Positions 8,868 to 18,421 of a stretch of DNA of 64,000 bases are shown here, one piece after another. The notes beneath the pieces were generated by a model. That model was given only the letters and a program-made list of their open reading frames with translations. It made no database searches and was not told the DNA's origin. The number at the start of each line of letters is the position of its first letter. The first letter of the stretch is position 1. Both the position numbers and the translations under genes were made by a program. The stretch comes from Candidatus Microgenomates bacterium (GTDB taxonomy: Bacteria; Patescibacteriota; Microgenomatia; UBA8517; JACQJR01), in NCBI GenBank assembly GCA_016204995.1, contig JACQJR010000001.1, forward strand, positions 167,793 to 231,792, read 5' to 3'.

Positions 8868-9845
8868 TTACCAACCCAAAGTTCCTTTGATAGATTTTAA
8901 AATTTGCCTGGCTGGCAATCTTTCTCCTGCTACTGTTTCTATTTCTTTAATTCTCAAAATGCTGTCTTTGGTTAAAACATCCACACCCAAATCATTAATA
9001 GCCACAATTCTGCCACAGATTCTACCGGCATAATTTAATGGTGATTTAACTAATTCTGCCTTTTGGATAATGATTTTTTTATCTTCATAAGTAGTGAAAG
9101 CACCAGGATAAGGATCAGATAAAGCGCGAATTAAATTATAAATTTTTAGAGTTGGTAAATTCCAATCTATTCTGCCGTCATCGGGAATTCTAGCACAAGT
9201 ATAGGTAGCCAGTTTTTCATTTTGCTTTTTTCGCCGCGGTGTCCCATTTAACAGTTTAGACAAGTTGCGTATTAAAACTTTAATGGAGGCTGTTTTTGTT
9301 TTCCTATAAACATCAATCGCCGTATCATTAATACCAATCGGTACTTTAATTTGATCAACTAGGTCACCTGAATCCATTCCTTCTGCTAAATAAAATAAAC
9401 TTACTCCAGTTGATTTCTCGCCATTAATGACTACCCAATTTACCGGCGCAAATCCACGATATTTAGGTAAATATGATTCATGTACTGCCACGGATTTATA
9501 TTTAGGAATTTCATAAATTTCCCGAGGAATAATAGTTCGCCAACCCATCACTACTATTAAATCTGGTCTAACTTCTTTTAATAAATTTTTGTCTTCTTCA
9601 GACCTAACAAACTTAGTAATTTTAATGGGAATATGATTTTGATCAGCTAGTGTTTTAATATCATCACAATATTTCTCACGTTCATGGGGATCTTCCGGCA
9701 TACAGAAAATATAGGAAATATTAATGCCCTTGCGAAGAAGTTCTTGCAGACATTCTAAACCCCGATCCCTTCCACCAATAAATACTAATTTTTTATTCTT
9801 TAGATTATTAACTTTTGACATGTTGTAAAATTTGTTTGATAACAT
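8868..9845 (-). CDS. Sugar N-formyltransferase (formyl transferase family, Fmt/ArnA-N-like)
   Basis: HESYLPKYRGFAPVNWVVINGEKSTGVSLFYLAEGMDSGDLV matches the formyltransferase catalytic core HxSLLPxxRG...D. Placed in a sugar-amine context beside a DegT aminotransferase. Confidence 0.65.
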   Translation of the reverse strand: MLSNKFYNMSKVNNLKNKKLVFIGGRDRGLECLQELLRKGINISYIFCMPEDPHEREKYCDDIKTLADQNHIPIKITKFVRSEEDKNLLKEVRPDLIVVMGWRTIIPREIYEIPKYKSVAVHESYLPKYRGFAPVNWVVINGEKSTGVSLFYLAEGMDSGDLVDQIKVPIGINDTAIDVYRKTKTASIKVLIRNLSKLLNGTPRRKKQNEKLATYTCARIPDDGRIDWNLPTLKIYNLIRALSDPYPGAFTTYEDKKIIIQKAELVKSPLNYAGRICGRIVAINDLGVDVLTKDSILRIKEIETVAGERLPARQILKSIKGTLGW

Positions 9846-10938
9846 AATCTTGTTCTAACTTAGTCATCTGAAAATAAAGAGGCAGAATCATGGTCTCTTT
9901 GGTAGCTTTCTCTGTAACCGGTAGGAAGATTTTACCCATAGTTTTAGTGTAAGCTGGTTCCAAATGGGCGGCCATGATACCAAGTCTGGTAGAAATACCA
10001 TCATCAAGCAATCTTTGCATTAATTCGTTTCTGGTTATTTTTTTATTAGGAACGAGTCTCACCATATAAGATTGCCAATTAGTAACATAATTTTCTGGCA
10101 CATATGGGGGGATAATAATATCAGAATTATTAAAAGCCTTATTATAACGCTCTGCTAGACTGGCTCTCCTGACCAGAATCTTGGGAAGTTTTGCCATTTG
10201 AGCTACCCCGACTGCGGCTTGCAGATCAGACATTCTGAAATTATAACCAATTACCGGATAACTCTCTTGGATGATCTTATTTGATTTGTGTCTGGCTACG
10301 TCAGAAATTGACATACCTTGATGCCTTAAAATTCTTAACTTTTCCGCCCAAGTTTTATTGTTAGTTAAAATCATACCACCTTCGCCGGTAGTAATAGTTT
10401 TTCTGGGATGAAAACTTAAACAGGCCAGGTCGCCAAAACTGCCAATTTTTCTACCTTTATAGACGCTGCCTAAAGCACAGGCGGCATCTTCCACTACATG
10501 CAGTTTATATTTTTTGGCAATTTTTAAAATTTTATCCATATCAGCTGGCAGACCGATTTGATCAACCGGAATAATGGCGCGGGTTTTTTTGGTAATTAAT
10601 CTTTCAATTTGAGTCGGATCTATGTTATAAGTTCGCGGATCAATATCGGCAAAAATGGGAGTCGCGCCAACATGTACTGCCACATTGCTAGTCGCAATAA
10701 AAGAAAAAGACGGAACTATCACTTCATCAGCGGGGTCTATTCCTAAAAGATGCAGACTAAGAAAAAGGGCGGTGGTAGCTGAAGTAGTAGCAACCGCATA
10801 TTTGGCCCCGGTATATTCACAAATCAAATTTTCAAATTCTGCCACTTTGGGACCTTGAGTCACCCAGCCAGACTGAAGGACCTTGGCCACAAGTCTTTCC
10901 TCCGACTTGTCAAAAACTGGTTTAGTGATGGGAATCAT
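9808..10938 (-). CDS. DegT/DnrJ/EryC1/StrS family PLP-dependent sugar aminotransferase
   Basis: MIPITKPVF...GWVTQGPKVAEFE...ATTSATTAL. Start chosen at the internal ATG (complement 10938), which gives an ATGA overlap with the upstream gene. The ORF-track start was 10980. Confidence 0.8.
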   Translation of the reverse strand: MIPITKPVFDKSEERLVAKVLQSGWVTQGPKVAEFENLICEYTGAKYAVATTSATTALFLSLHLLGIDPADEVIVPSFSFIATSNVAVHVGATPIFADIDPRTYNIDPTQIERLITKKTRAIIPVDQIGLPADMDKILKIAKKYKLHVVEDAACALGSVYKGRKIGSFGDLACLSFHPRKTITTGEGGMILTNNKTWAEKLRILRHQGMSISDVARHKSNKIIQESYPVIGYNFRMSDLQAAVGVAQMAKLPKILVRRASLAERYNKAFNNSDIIIPPYVPENYVTNWQSYMVRLVPNKKITRNELMQRLLDDGISTRLGIMAAHLEPAYTKTMGKIFLPVTEKATKETMILPLYFQMTKLEQDYVIKQILQHVKS

Positions 10939-11915
10939 CTCTGCGCAGCAGCTTTTTGGGATTTTGCTTCCTTCCTCCACTTAATTAATCTTCTCAATCC
11001 CTCGCTTAAAGATATCTGGGCCTTAAACCCTAAATCTTTCTTAGCTCGCCGAGTATCAGCCTTCCTTCTTTCCACATTGGTAAATTTCCGAGGAGCTTCG
11101 TGAACAATAGCTAATGGCGATTTGGTTAATTGAAGCACTTTTTTAGCCAAAGTATTCAGGCTTGTCTCCCTTCCGGATCCCACATTATAGAAACCTTCAT
11201 TAATTTTGCTTTTTAGAGCACAAATAGTAGCGTAAGCAATATCTTCCACGTAGATAAAATCAAGCGATTGTTTGCCATCACCAAAGATTACGGGTGACAG
11301 TCCTTGATCTATCCGATCCAACCACCTTATTAAAACCTCGGTGTAAACGCCAAAAATATCCATTCTGGCGCCATAGGCATTAAACGGTCTCAAACAGACA
11401 TAATTTAAGCCGTACATGGCTCGGAAAGCTCTAGCCATTTGCTCGTTAGCGATTTTAGCTGCTCCATAAAGAGTTTCGTTGTTGTAAGGGTGATTCTCAT
11501 CCATCGGTACGTATGAAGGATTACCATAGACTGAAGCCGAAGAATTAAAAACTAATTTCTTTACCTTATGTTTGGCGCATGCTTCCAGCACATTAAAAGT
11601 TCCGTCCACTAAAATTTCATTACATAAACGAGGGTCTTCTGCGCATTGCGTAATCCTTATTACTGCTTCATGAATGACATAATCTGCGCCGCGAACTGCC
11701 CTATCAACTGTTTTAGGATCCCTAATATCTCCAGTAATTATTTTTACTTTTTTACTTTTTAAAGCTTCTTGTAAATTTTCTCTTGTCCCTCTGGTAAAAT
11801 TATCCAATACTGTAATTTTGCCAACTTGGTTCTTATAACTTTTAAGTATATAGTCAATTACCCAAGAACCAATAAAGCCTGCTCCGCCAGTAACAACGAA
11901 ATTAAGTTTTGCCAT
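10935..11915 (-). CDS. NAD-dependent epimerase/dehydratase (SDR family; UDP-sugar 4-epimerase/4,6-dehydratase-like)
   Basis: VTGGAGFIGSWV Rossmann motif. YGAAK catalytic YxxxK. Confidence 0.75.
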   Translation of the reverse strand: MAKLNFVVTGGAGFIGSWVIDYILKSYKNQVGKITVLDNFTRGTRENLQEALKSKKVKIITGDIRDPKTVDRAVRGADYVIHEAVIRITQCAEDPRLCNEILVDGTFNVLEACAKHKVKKLVFNSSASVYGNPSYVPMDENHPYNNETLYGAAKIANEQMARAFRAMYGLNYVCLRPFNAYGARMDIFGVYTEVLIRWLDRIDQGLSPVIFGDGKQSLDFIYVEDIAYATICALKSKINEGFYNVGSGRETSLNTLAKKVLQLTKSPLAIVHEAPRKFTNVERRKADTRRAKKDLGFKAQISLSEGLRRLIKWRKEAKSQKAAAQR

Positions 11916-13020
11916 TCTTAAAAAACTCCTTAATTTTTCTGCATATATACATTACTTCTTTTTTAGTTAATTCTGGAAACATGGGGAGTGATAAAATCTC
12001 ATTAGCATATTTTTCCGTAAGGGGAAAATCACCATTGGTGTATTTTAAACCCTCCATGGACTTTTGTAAATGCACGGGGATAGGATAATGCATCCCGGCA
12101 AAAATATTATTTTGATGCAAAAAGTTTAGTAATTCATCCCGCCTCTCTGTTCTAATAACATATAGGTGGTGATTAAGAATTCGCATTTTGTCAGAAAGAG
12201 GCGGCAAAAATAAAGGTAAACCGGTTAATAAATCATGATATAATTTAGCAATTCTTCTTCTTTGGGCATTCCAACGCTCCAGTTTTTTTAACTTAACATT
12301 TAGATAGGCCGCATGGACTGTATCAAGCCGACTATTATAACCAATAAGGTCGTGTTTATATTTAGCTGCCTGACCCACATTTCTTATTATGCGAACATTA
12401 TTAGCCAAAAGGTCATTATTAGTAACTATGGCCCCGCCATCCCCAGCCGCTCCCAAATTTTTACCGGGATAAAAGGAAAAAGCTGCTATGTCACCAAAAG
12501 AACCACACTTTTTGCCAGCCAGCGAAGACCCATGCGCCTGACAAGCGTCTTCTAGAATATATAATTTATGTTTTTTTGCAATTTTTAAAATTGCCTTCAT
12601 CGAGGCAGGAGTACCGTAAAGATGAACTGGAATAATAACTTTAGTTTTGCGTGTAATTGCTTTTTCAATTAATTTAGGATCTATCTGATAAGTATCAGAA
12701 TCACAGTCAACCAAGACCGGCTTTGCCCCTAAATAAATAATTGGCAAAACTGTGGCAATGAAAGTGTTAGCAACCGTAATAACTTCGTCCCCTGGTGCCG
12801 TACCAAGAGCCCGCAATGACAGAAGTAAGGCATCTGTACCTGAAGCCACTCCGATACAATGTTTAACTCCGCAATATTTAGCAAAATTTTTCTCAAAATC
12901 AGCCACTTCCTCGCCCAAAATAAAATTTCCTTTAGCCAATATTTTATTAACCGCGGAAGGAATATCCTTTTTCAAAGTTTTATATTGTCTTTGTAAATCA
13001 ACTAATTGAATTGCCTTCAT
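11902..13020 (-). CDS. DegT/DnrJ/EryC1/StrS family sugar aminotransferase (WbpE-like candidate)
   Basis: Typical DegT N-terminus and PLP-fold motifs (GVASGTDALLLSL). Confidence 0.8.
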   Translation of the reverse strand: MKAIQLVDLQRQYKTLKKDIPSAVNKILAKGNFILGEEVADFEKNFAKYCGVKHCIGVASGTDALLLSLRALGTAPGDEVITVANTFIATVLPIIYLGAKPVLVDCDSDTYQIDPKLIEKAITRKTKVIIPVHLYGTPASMKAILKIAKKHKLYILEDACQAHGSSLAGKKCGSFGDIAAFSFYPGKNLGAAGDGGAIVTNNDLLANNVRIIRNVGQAAKYKHDLIGYNSRLDTVHAAYLNVKLKKLERWNAQRRRIAKLYHDLLTGLPLFLPPLSDKMRILNHHLYVIRTERRDELLNFLHQNNIFAGMHYPIPVHLQKSMEGLKYTNGDFPLTEKYANEILSLPMFPELTKKEVMYICRKIKEFFKNGKT

Positions 13021-13021
13021 A

Positions 13022-13459
13022 TCATTTTCTTAAAACCCTGCCGGGATTACCTATTACCACGGCTCCATCTGGAACGTGACGAATTACCACGGCTCCAGCG
13101 CCAATTATAGAATTTTTACCAATCCTCACCGGCAAAATTGTCACATTTGATCCAATTCTAACATTATCTTCAATGAAAGTATTTTTCATTACCCAATTTT
13201 TTGTATTCGGTGAATCATATAAATCATTAATAAACATAACCCCATGGGCTATAAAAACATTGTCACCAACAGTTACGCCTTCGCAAATAAAACTATGACT
13301 GCTAACTCGGGAATTTTTTCCGATCGTCACATTTTTTTGTATTTCCACAAAGGGACCCACAAAAACATTATCACCCAAAACACAACCGTATAGATTCACT
13401 AAATCTGGATAGGGTATTTTAACATCTTTACCCAGCTTAACAGTCTTATCTACGGGCAT
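13022..13459 (-). CDS. Hexapeptide-repeat sugar N-acetyltransferase (WbpD/PglD-like)
   Basis: Left-handed beta-helix repeats VGDNVFIAHGV..IGSNVTILPVRIGKNSIIGAGAVV. Start set at the internal ATG (MPVDK) to remove a 59-nt overlap. The ORF-track start was 13504. Confidence 0.7.
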   Translation of the reverse strand: MPVDKTVKLGKDVKIPYPDLVNLYGCVLGDNVFVGPFVEIQKNVTIGKNSRVSSHSFICEGVTVGDNVFIAHGVMFINDLYDSPNTKNWVMKNTFIEDNVRIGSNVTILPVRIGKNSIIGAGAVVIRHVPDGAVVIGNPGRVLRK

Positions 13460-14465
13460 GATCAAAAACCACCTTTCTGCCAGTCCGGGCCGACTTAGTA
13501 GCACTTTCTAGAATTTCCACAATTTGCGCCCCGAATGTACCGCTACTTTTTGGTTCTTTCCGTGTTTCAATGGCATTTAAAAAATCTTGGACTAGTAGAG
13601 AAAGAGGCTCTACCACATTAACTTTAGGCAACCAGACATCTCCTGTTCTATAGCCTATTTTGGCATCCTCCAATTCTCTTAATTTTTTAGGAATGATTAC
13701 TCCTTTATCATAAATCCGTACTTTTTCTGTAGGCTCAATATCGTCATAAACAATCATTTTTTTAGTACCAACGATTAGCATCCGACGTATTTTAGCCGGA
13801 GATAGCCAACTGATATGAACAGATGCAGAAATATTTTTGAGATATTCAGCAAAGACATAAGCCACATCTTCATGCTGTCCAAAATGGACTCTTCCATGTG
13901 CATAAACACTTTTAGGATGAGCGCCTAATAAATAATTGATTATGGAAAAATCATGCGTAGCTAAATCAAAAATTACATTAGAATCTTTTTGGAAAAGACC
14001 CAAGTTTACTCTGACTGAATCAATATATAAAATATCACCTAGCTCTTTGCCATCAATTATCTCCTTAATCCTAGTTACTGCATCGTTAAAAAGAAAGGTA
14101 TGATCAACCATTAAAATACGTTTATGTTTTCTAGCTACTTTAACTAACTGCCAAGCATGGGAGCAGTCTAAAGTCATGGGTTTTTCAATTAAAACATCCT
14201 TGCCGTGTTCTGCGGCTTTTTTGGCTAGAGGAAAATGAGTGATTGTAGGGGTTGCTAAAACAATACCATGAATAGTGGAATCTTTAACAACCTGATCAAA
14301 ATCTGTTGTTACTTCAATAGAAGGATATCTTTTTTTAACGGCCTTTAATTTATTTTGGTCCTTATCACAACAATAAACTACCTCGCATCCCGAATTGTCA
14401 AAAAGATTACGCAGTAAATTAGGACCCCAATATCCATAACCCACCAAAGCAACGCGCTTATCCAT
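13446..14465 (-). CDS. Gfo/Idh/MocA family oxidoreductase (WbpB-like)
   Basis: VALVGYGYWGPNLLRNL Rossmann N-terminus and EKPM motif. Adjacent to aminotransferase and acetyltransferase genes, as in UDP-2,3-diacetamido sugar pathways. Confidence 0.7.
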   Translation of the reverse strand: MDKRVALVGYGYWGPNLLRNLFDNSGCEVVYCCDKDQNKLKAVKKRYPSIEVTTDFDQVVKDSTIHGIVLATPTITHFPLAKKAAEHGKDVLIEKPMTLDCSHAWQLVKVARKHKRILMVDHTFLFNDAVTRIKEIIDGKELGDILYIDSVRVNLGLFQKDSNVIFDLATHDFSIINYLLGAHPKSVYAHGRVHFGQHEDVAYVFAEYLKNISASVHISWLSPAKIRRMLIVGTKKMIVYDDIEPTEKVRIYDKGVIIPKKLRELEDAKIGYRTGDVWLPKVNVVEPLSLLVQDFLNAIETRKEPKSSGTFGAQIVEILESATKSARTGRKVVFDHARR

Positions 14466-14534
14466 AATTTACCTTTTTTAACAGCCTAGTTTACTTTAAA
14501 CTAAAATTATATTCAACCATGAAAAAATTTACAG

Positions 14535-14885
14535 TCACTTCTTTAAAAAGTAAATTATTAATCCAACAACTAAAAATCCATATACATAATTACCTAATAA
14601 TTCCGCGCTTTCATATTCCCCTAAAAAAATTAGCAATAGAGATATAAACAATAGTAAAAATATCGCCAATAAGATTATTTTTATACTTAGCTTAAAGATA
14701 ATCATAAAAGATGCCATAATCATAAATAGAATTAATTCTTTTTTAATATAGAGATTAAAATAGGGAAGAGTTGGTAAAAGATAAAATAAACCCAATAAAA
14801 AAACAAAACCAATAACTTGATGGCGATTAGTAATAATTTTTTTAAAAAAATATTGTTCCAATTTAACTAACTTATATTTTTTCAT
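14535..14885 (-). CDS. Small hydrophobic membrane protein (hypothetical)
   Basis: Three predicted TM segments. Start set at the internal ATG (MKKYKL), which gives a 4-nt overlap with the upstream giant gene. Confidence 0.3.
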   Translation of the reverse strand: MKKYKLVKLEQYFFKKIITNRHQVIGFVFLLGLFYLLPTLPYFNLYIKKELILFMIMASFMIIFKLSIKIILLAIFLLLFISLLLIFLGEYESAELLGNYVYGFLVVGLIIYFLKK

Positions 14886-17800
14886 TGGCGTTTTCTTCTT
14901 TTTAACAAATATATAAAAATTCCCAAAAATGATATACAAAACACTGCTATACTGATTAAAGCCCCCACATAAAAAGCCTTTTGAGGGAAATATTCTATCA
15001 CAAACTTACCAGTGCCTAAACTATCCACCTTCCATCCATTGGCATAACCATCAACTATAAAATGATTTGAAATAATTTTGTTACTTTTAGAAAACAAACC
15101 TTTTATTAAACCAAAAGGATTATTTTGTCCCTCATCTGAATTACTTATCTCTCTTAATCTCCATAATTTATCAAATCGCTCATTAAAAATTAATATAAAA
15201 GGCGTCGCTGATCTTTGTAATTGTAATTCATATCTAGTAGGGTTTTTCTTATCATAATCGACAGATGGCGCTTTAATGGAAAATTTCTTATCACTTTCAT
15301 TATTTAATACTACAAATGGAGAAAATATCTCTTCTGCAGTCACATTATCAATTTGAGGTTTTTCCTTATTCTCATTGCAAACATAAATATTGAGATATTT
15401 TGAATTAATAGAAGGATAGTAAATGTAAGTAAATGGCTGATAGTTTAGTATCGGATAAATACCTAATTCTCGCTGCCCTTTTATGAAATACTGTAATTGA
15501 GGATCTTCTTTATTATCCTCCCTTACAAAAAGTTTAAGTGCCTGATCCTTACGGGAAGCACTAATTCTGACTTTATAAAAAAGACTGCTATCAAATCTTT
15601 CAATGCTTCCATAGTAACAAGATATGGTTCCACTCGGGGACTGCTCTAATTTATAACCGTGGGACTTAAAGATATTTGGCAAATTATCAAATCTAACAAC
15701 TAAGGTAAATGCACCGATCAGACCAGGAGGCGATTCCATATGGATTATATCCTCACTCTTTTTAATTATCTTGAGTGGCCACTCTTTATTTTCTTGGGTT
15801 AATGTTGCCGTTTTGGGATAAATCCGCTGGCCATCGGTATCAAAAGGTAAAAAATGAGTACTAATAAATAAGCCGTCTGAATTTTTTTCTGTTAGATTAA
15901 CATGAAATACTTTTTCATTTCGCCATTTATTTTCGTCATTTAATATTGGTGTATAAAAAGTCTTAATTCTATAAATTTGCCAAAGCACATCGGTTAAACC
16001 TTGAATAACATTTTCGCCAAAAGTGCCAGATCTAGCTTTGTCTAACTCTATGCGAAGATTTATCTCAATTGGGTTAAGGATTTGTATAATCATGCGCGCT
16101 TTCTCAAAATCCTCTTTGGGATCAGAGGTTGATGACAAAAGCTGATGAGTAATTACTAAATAATCATTCATCATTTTTAATGATCCTATCAAATATTTCT
16201 CTCGCTCACGAAAATCCAACATATTTTTTACTTCGCCTGCTCTCCGTAAAGTTGCTCCTAAATAAACATTGATTTTTTCTTTGTCATTAGTGGCTAGAAG
16301 CAATTCCTTTTTTTCTCTGATTTTTTTTAATAAATAAAGAGGGGAATTAGGTAGAACCCTCACTTTGGGTAAATCTGCATTTGTTTCTATATTTTCTATC
16401 AGACAAGACTCACATTGATAATATGTGAGTTCTGCAGAGAATAAATCTCTGGGGATATTATTTGATTTAGATTCTTTTTGGGGAACTAAAAAAATATTAC
16501 TATTAGAAGCAAATGATCTATAAAGAAAAGGGTAATTTTGGGGAATAGCCACCAATGACGATATAGCATAAATCTTTTTATTAAACTCTGAATCAATTTT
16601 ATAAATGGTCCATTCCCCGAAAATTTTTGCTTTCTTGATATGAATCAATGAGCTTAAAATATTTTCAAATTTTTGAGGCGATTTTAAACTGAATAAATGG
16701 TCATCTGCTAAAATATCATTTCTCACTAAGAAAAAATTTATTCCTAGTCTTGATGATAAATTTAATATCTTTTCTTCTTTATCGCCTTGCTCTATAGACA
16801 AGTAAAGCTCCTGTAACCAATTTCTCTCTTCCGGACTTAAACTGGCATCGTTTGCCAGAGTATTTTTAAAAGTTAACATTGACGGCAAGGTAGATAAACT
16901 CCAATATCCCCAACTATAGCTATCTACTTTCCAACCTTCGTCCAGTGATGGTAATAATAAAATCCTCCCATTGGTATAATTATTATCTGCCCAATTTTTA
17001 AAATCCTGGACATAATCGGGAATGTGTACCTTAGTTGTAGCGGACTTTTGCCAATACAAAACTTGAGGAGAAAAAAGCGGTTTATAATACCATAGCCACC
17101 CCCCGATAATAATGATGGTTAAAAATAAAGTAGAAATAGATTTTAAGCCGTCATTCTTAATGAAACTTACTATTTTAATTGAACAAATAGACAAGGTAAA
17201 GCCAATTAGGACGCTCATGCTTAAAAAGAATGTTGATCCGAATTTATAAAAAGGGGTTCTAAATATAACAAACCCCGGTACCTTATCATATAAAAAATCG
17301 TATATGAAACCCAACGGAGGATGAGTTCCGGCCATAAAAATTAAGACGACAACAATTAATAAGACAAAAAAAGAAATTAATCTTCTCTGTATAGTTGTTT
17401 TTACTAATAGTAAAGATGAAAATGCCAATACAGGAAAAAGAAAGCTAACAGCAATTAATGTTTGATCTTTAAAATAGGCCTCCGCATACGGATGATTGAG
17501 ATTAATATTGTATTGATCAGTATACCAATCTGGTATACCTTGTAGTCTAAACATATTAATGAATGAAGAAGACTGGCTGATATAATTAAGCCAAGATTTA
17601 TTAGGGACAGTAATACTTTCATTAAAAAAATTTGATAGATCGCCATAAAATAATTTAACTAAATATGGAAGAATGGCATAACTATTTATCAATATGTAGC
17701 CTACTAGGGTTAGAACTAAGAAGGTTAACAATTTATAAACCTGCTCAAACTTACGTGTTAAAAATCCCCAGATGGTGGTGTACAGCAAAAGCACTAACAC

Positions 17801-18421
17801 CATGACTATTAAACCACCATATAATGGCAAACCCCAAATACTGCCGCCGTTAAAAACAAAAAATATAATAGCGGATAGAATGGCTGCTAACAGAATCTCC
17901 ATCTTTCTTGTCAATACTCTCAAGGAAATAGCTAAAAAAATCAGCGTAGCAGATAATAATCCATATTTGGCCCGTTCTAGCATAAAAATTGATTGGAAAA
18001 CATAAAAATTAAAAGTTATGAAAACTGGAAAAATAAAAACAAAAACTTTGCCAAAATTATCTTTGACAGAAAAAGCAAAAACTAATGCTGAAGAGAAAAG
18101 TATTGCCAGCCAGAAAAAGATGAGCAGATAATTACCAGCCGCCTGGTTGCCAGCCAGAATAGTTAAAATATAATCTATAACGTGCAGAGTAATACTGCCA
18201 AAGTTAACTGCATTATCTTGACCAAAATTAAGATGATCATCCCAAGCATAAAAACGACTATTTAAAAATTGTTTTGCATCAAGTGCCAAACCGGAATCAT
18301 GACCAGCTAAAACAAATCCCTCTGGCAGCCAGGACTTAGTTAAAAACCAAAAACCAATTAGGGCAAAGATTAGATAAACTGTGCATAAAGATAAAAATTT
18401 ATTCTTTTTAATTAATCTCAT
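14882..18421 (-). CDS. Giant (1179 aa) polytopic membrane protein, GT-C-like (YfhO/AftD-like architecture) with large extracytoplasmic domain and C-terminal TM anchor
   Basis: About 12 N-terminal TM helices. The first loop, AGHDSGLALDAKQFLNSRFYAWDDHLNFGQD, is acidic-rich. A roughly 650-aa soluble region follows. A terminal TM helix is followed by KRRKRQ. Confidence 0.5.
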   Translation of the reverse strand: MRLIKKNKFLSLCTVYLIFALIGFWFLTKSWLPEGFVLAGHDSGLALDAKQFLNSRFYAWDDHLNFGQDNAVNFGSITLHVIDYILTILAGNQAAGNYLLIFFWLAILFSSALVFAFSVKDNFGKVFVFIFPVFITFNFYVFQSIFMLERAKYGLLSATLIFLAISLRVLTRKMEILLAAILSAIIFFVFNGGSIWGLPLYGGLIVMVLVLLLYTTIWGFLTRKFEQVYKLLTFLVLTLVGYILINSYAILPYLVKLFYGDLSNFFNESITVPNKSWLNYISQSSSFINMFRLQGIPDWYTDQYNINLNHPYAEAYFKDQTLIAVSFLFPVLAFSSLLLVKTTIQRRLISFFVLLIVVVLIFMAGTHPPLGFIYDFLYDKVPGFVIFRTPFYKFGSTFFLSMSVLIGFTLSICSIKIVSFIKNDGLKSISTLFLTIIIIGGWLWYYKPLFSPQVLYWQKSATTKVHIPDYVQDFKNWADNNYTNGRILLLPSLDEGWKVDSYSWGYWSLSTLPSMLTFKNTLANDASLSPEERNWLQELYLSIEQGDKEEKILNLSSRLGINFFLVRNDILADDHLFSLKSPQKFENILSSLIHIKKAKIFGEWTIYKIDSEFNKKIYAISSLVAIPQNYPFLYRSFASNSNIFLVPQKESKSNNIPRDLFSAELTYYQCESCLIENIETNADLPKVRVLPNSPLYLLKKIREKKELLLATNDKEKINVYLGATLRRAGEVKNMLDFREREKYLIGSLKMMNDYLVITHQLLSSTSDPKEDFEKARMIIQILNPIEINLRIELDKARSGTFGENVIQGLTDVLWQIYRIKTFYTPILNDENKWRNEKVFHVNLTEKNSDGLFISTHFLPFDTDGQRIYPKTATLTQENKEWPLKIIKKSEDIIHMESPPGLIGAFTLVVRFDNLPNIFKSHGYKLEQSPSGTISCYYGSIERFDSSLFYKVRISASRKDQALKLFVREDNKEDPQLQYFIKGQRELGIYPILNYQPFTYIYYPSINSKYLNIYVCNENKEKPQIDNVTAEEIFSPFVVLNNESDKKFSIKAPSVDYDKKNPTRYELQLQRSATPFILIFNERFDKLWRLREISNSDEGQNNPFGLIKGLFSKSNKIISNHFIVDGYANGWKVDSLGTGKFVIEYFPQKAFYVGALISIAVFCISFLGIFIYLLKRRKRQ

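Noticed and set aside
14519-14650. Plus-strand ~43-codon ORF starting ATG AAA AAA TTT in the 14466-14534 intergenic region
   Set aside because: It overlaps the 3' end of the minus-strand membrane protein gene, has no SD or promoter context and is low complexity.
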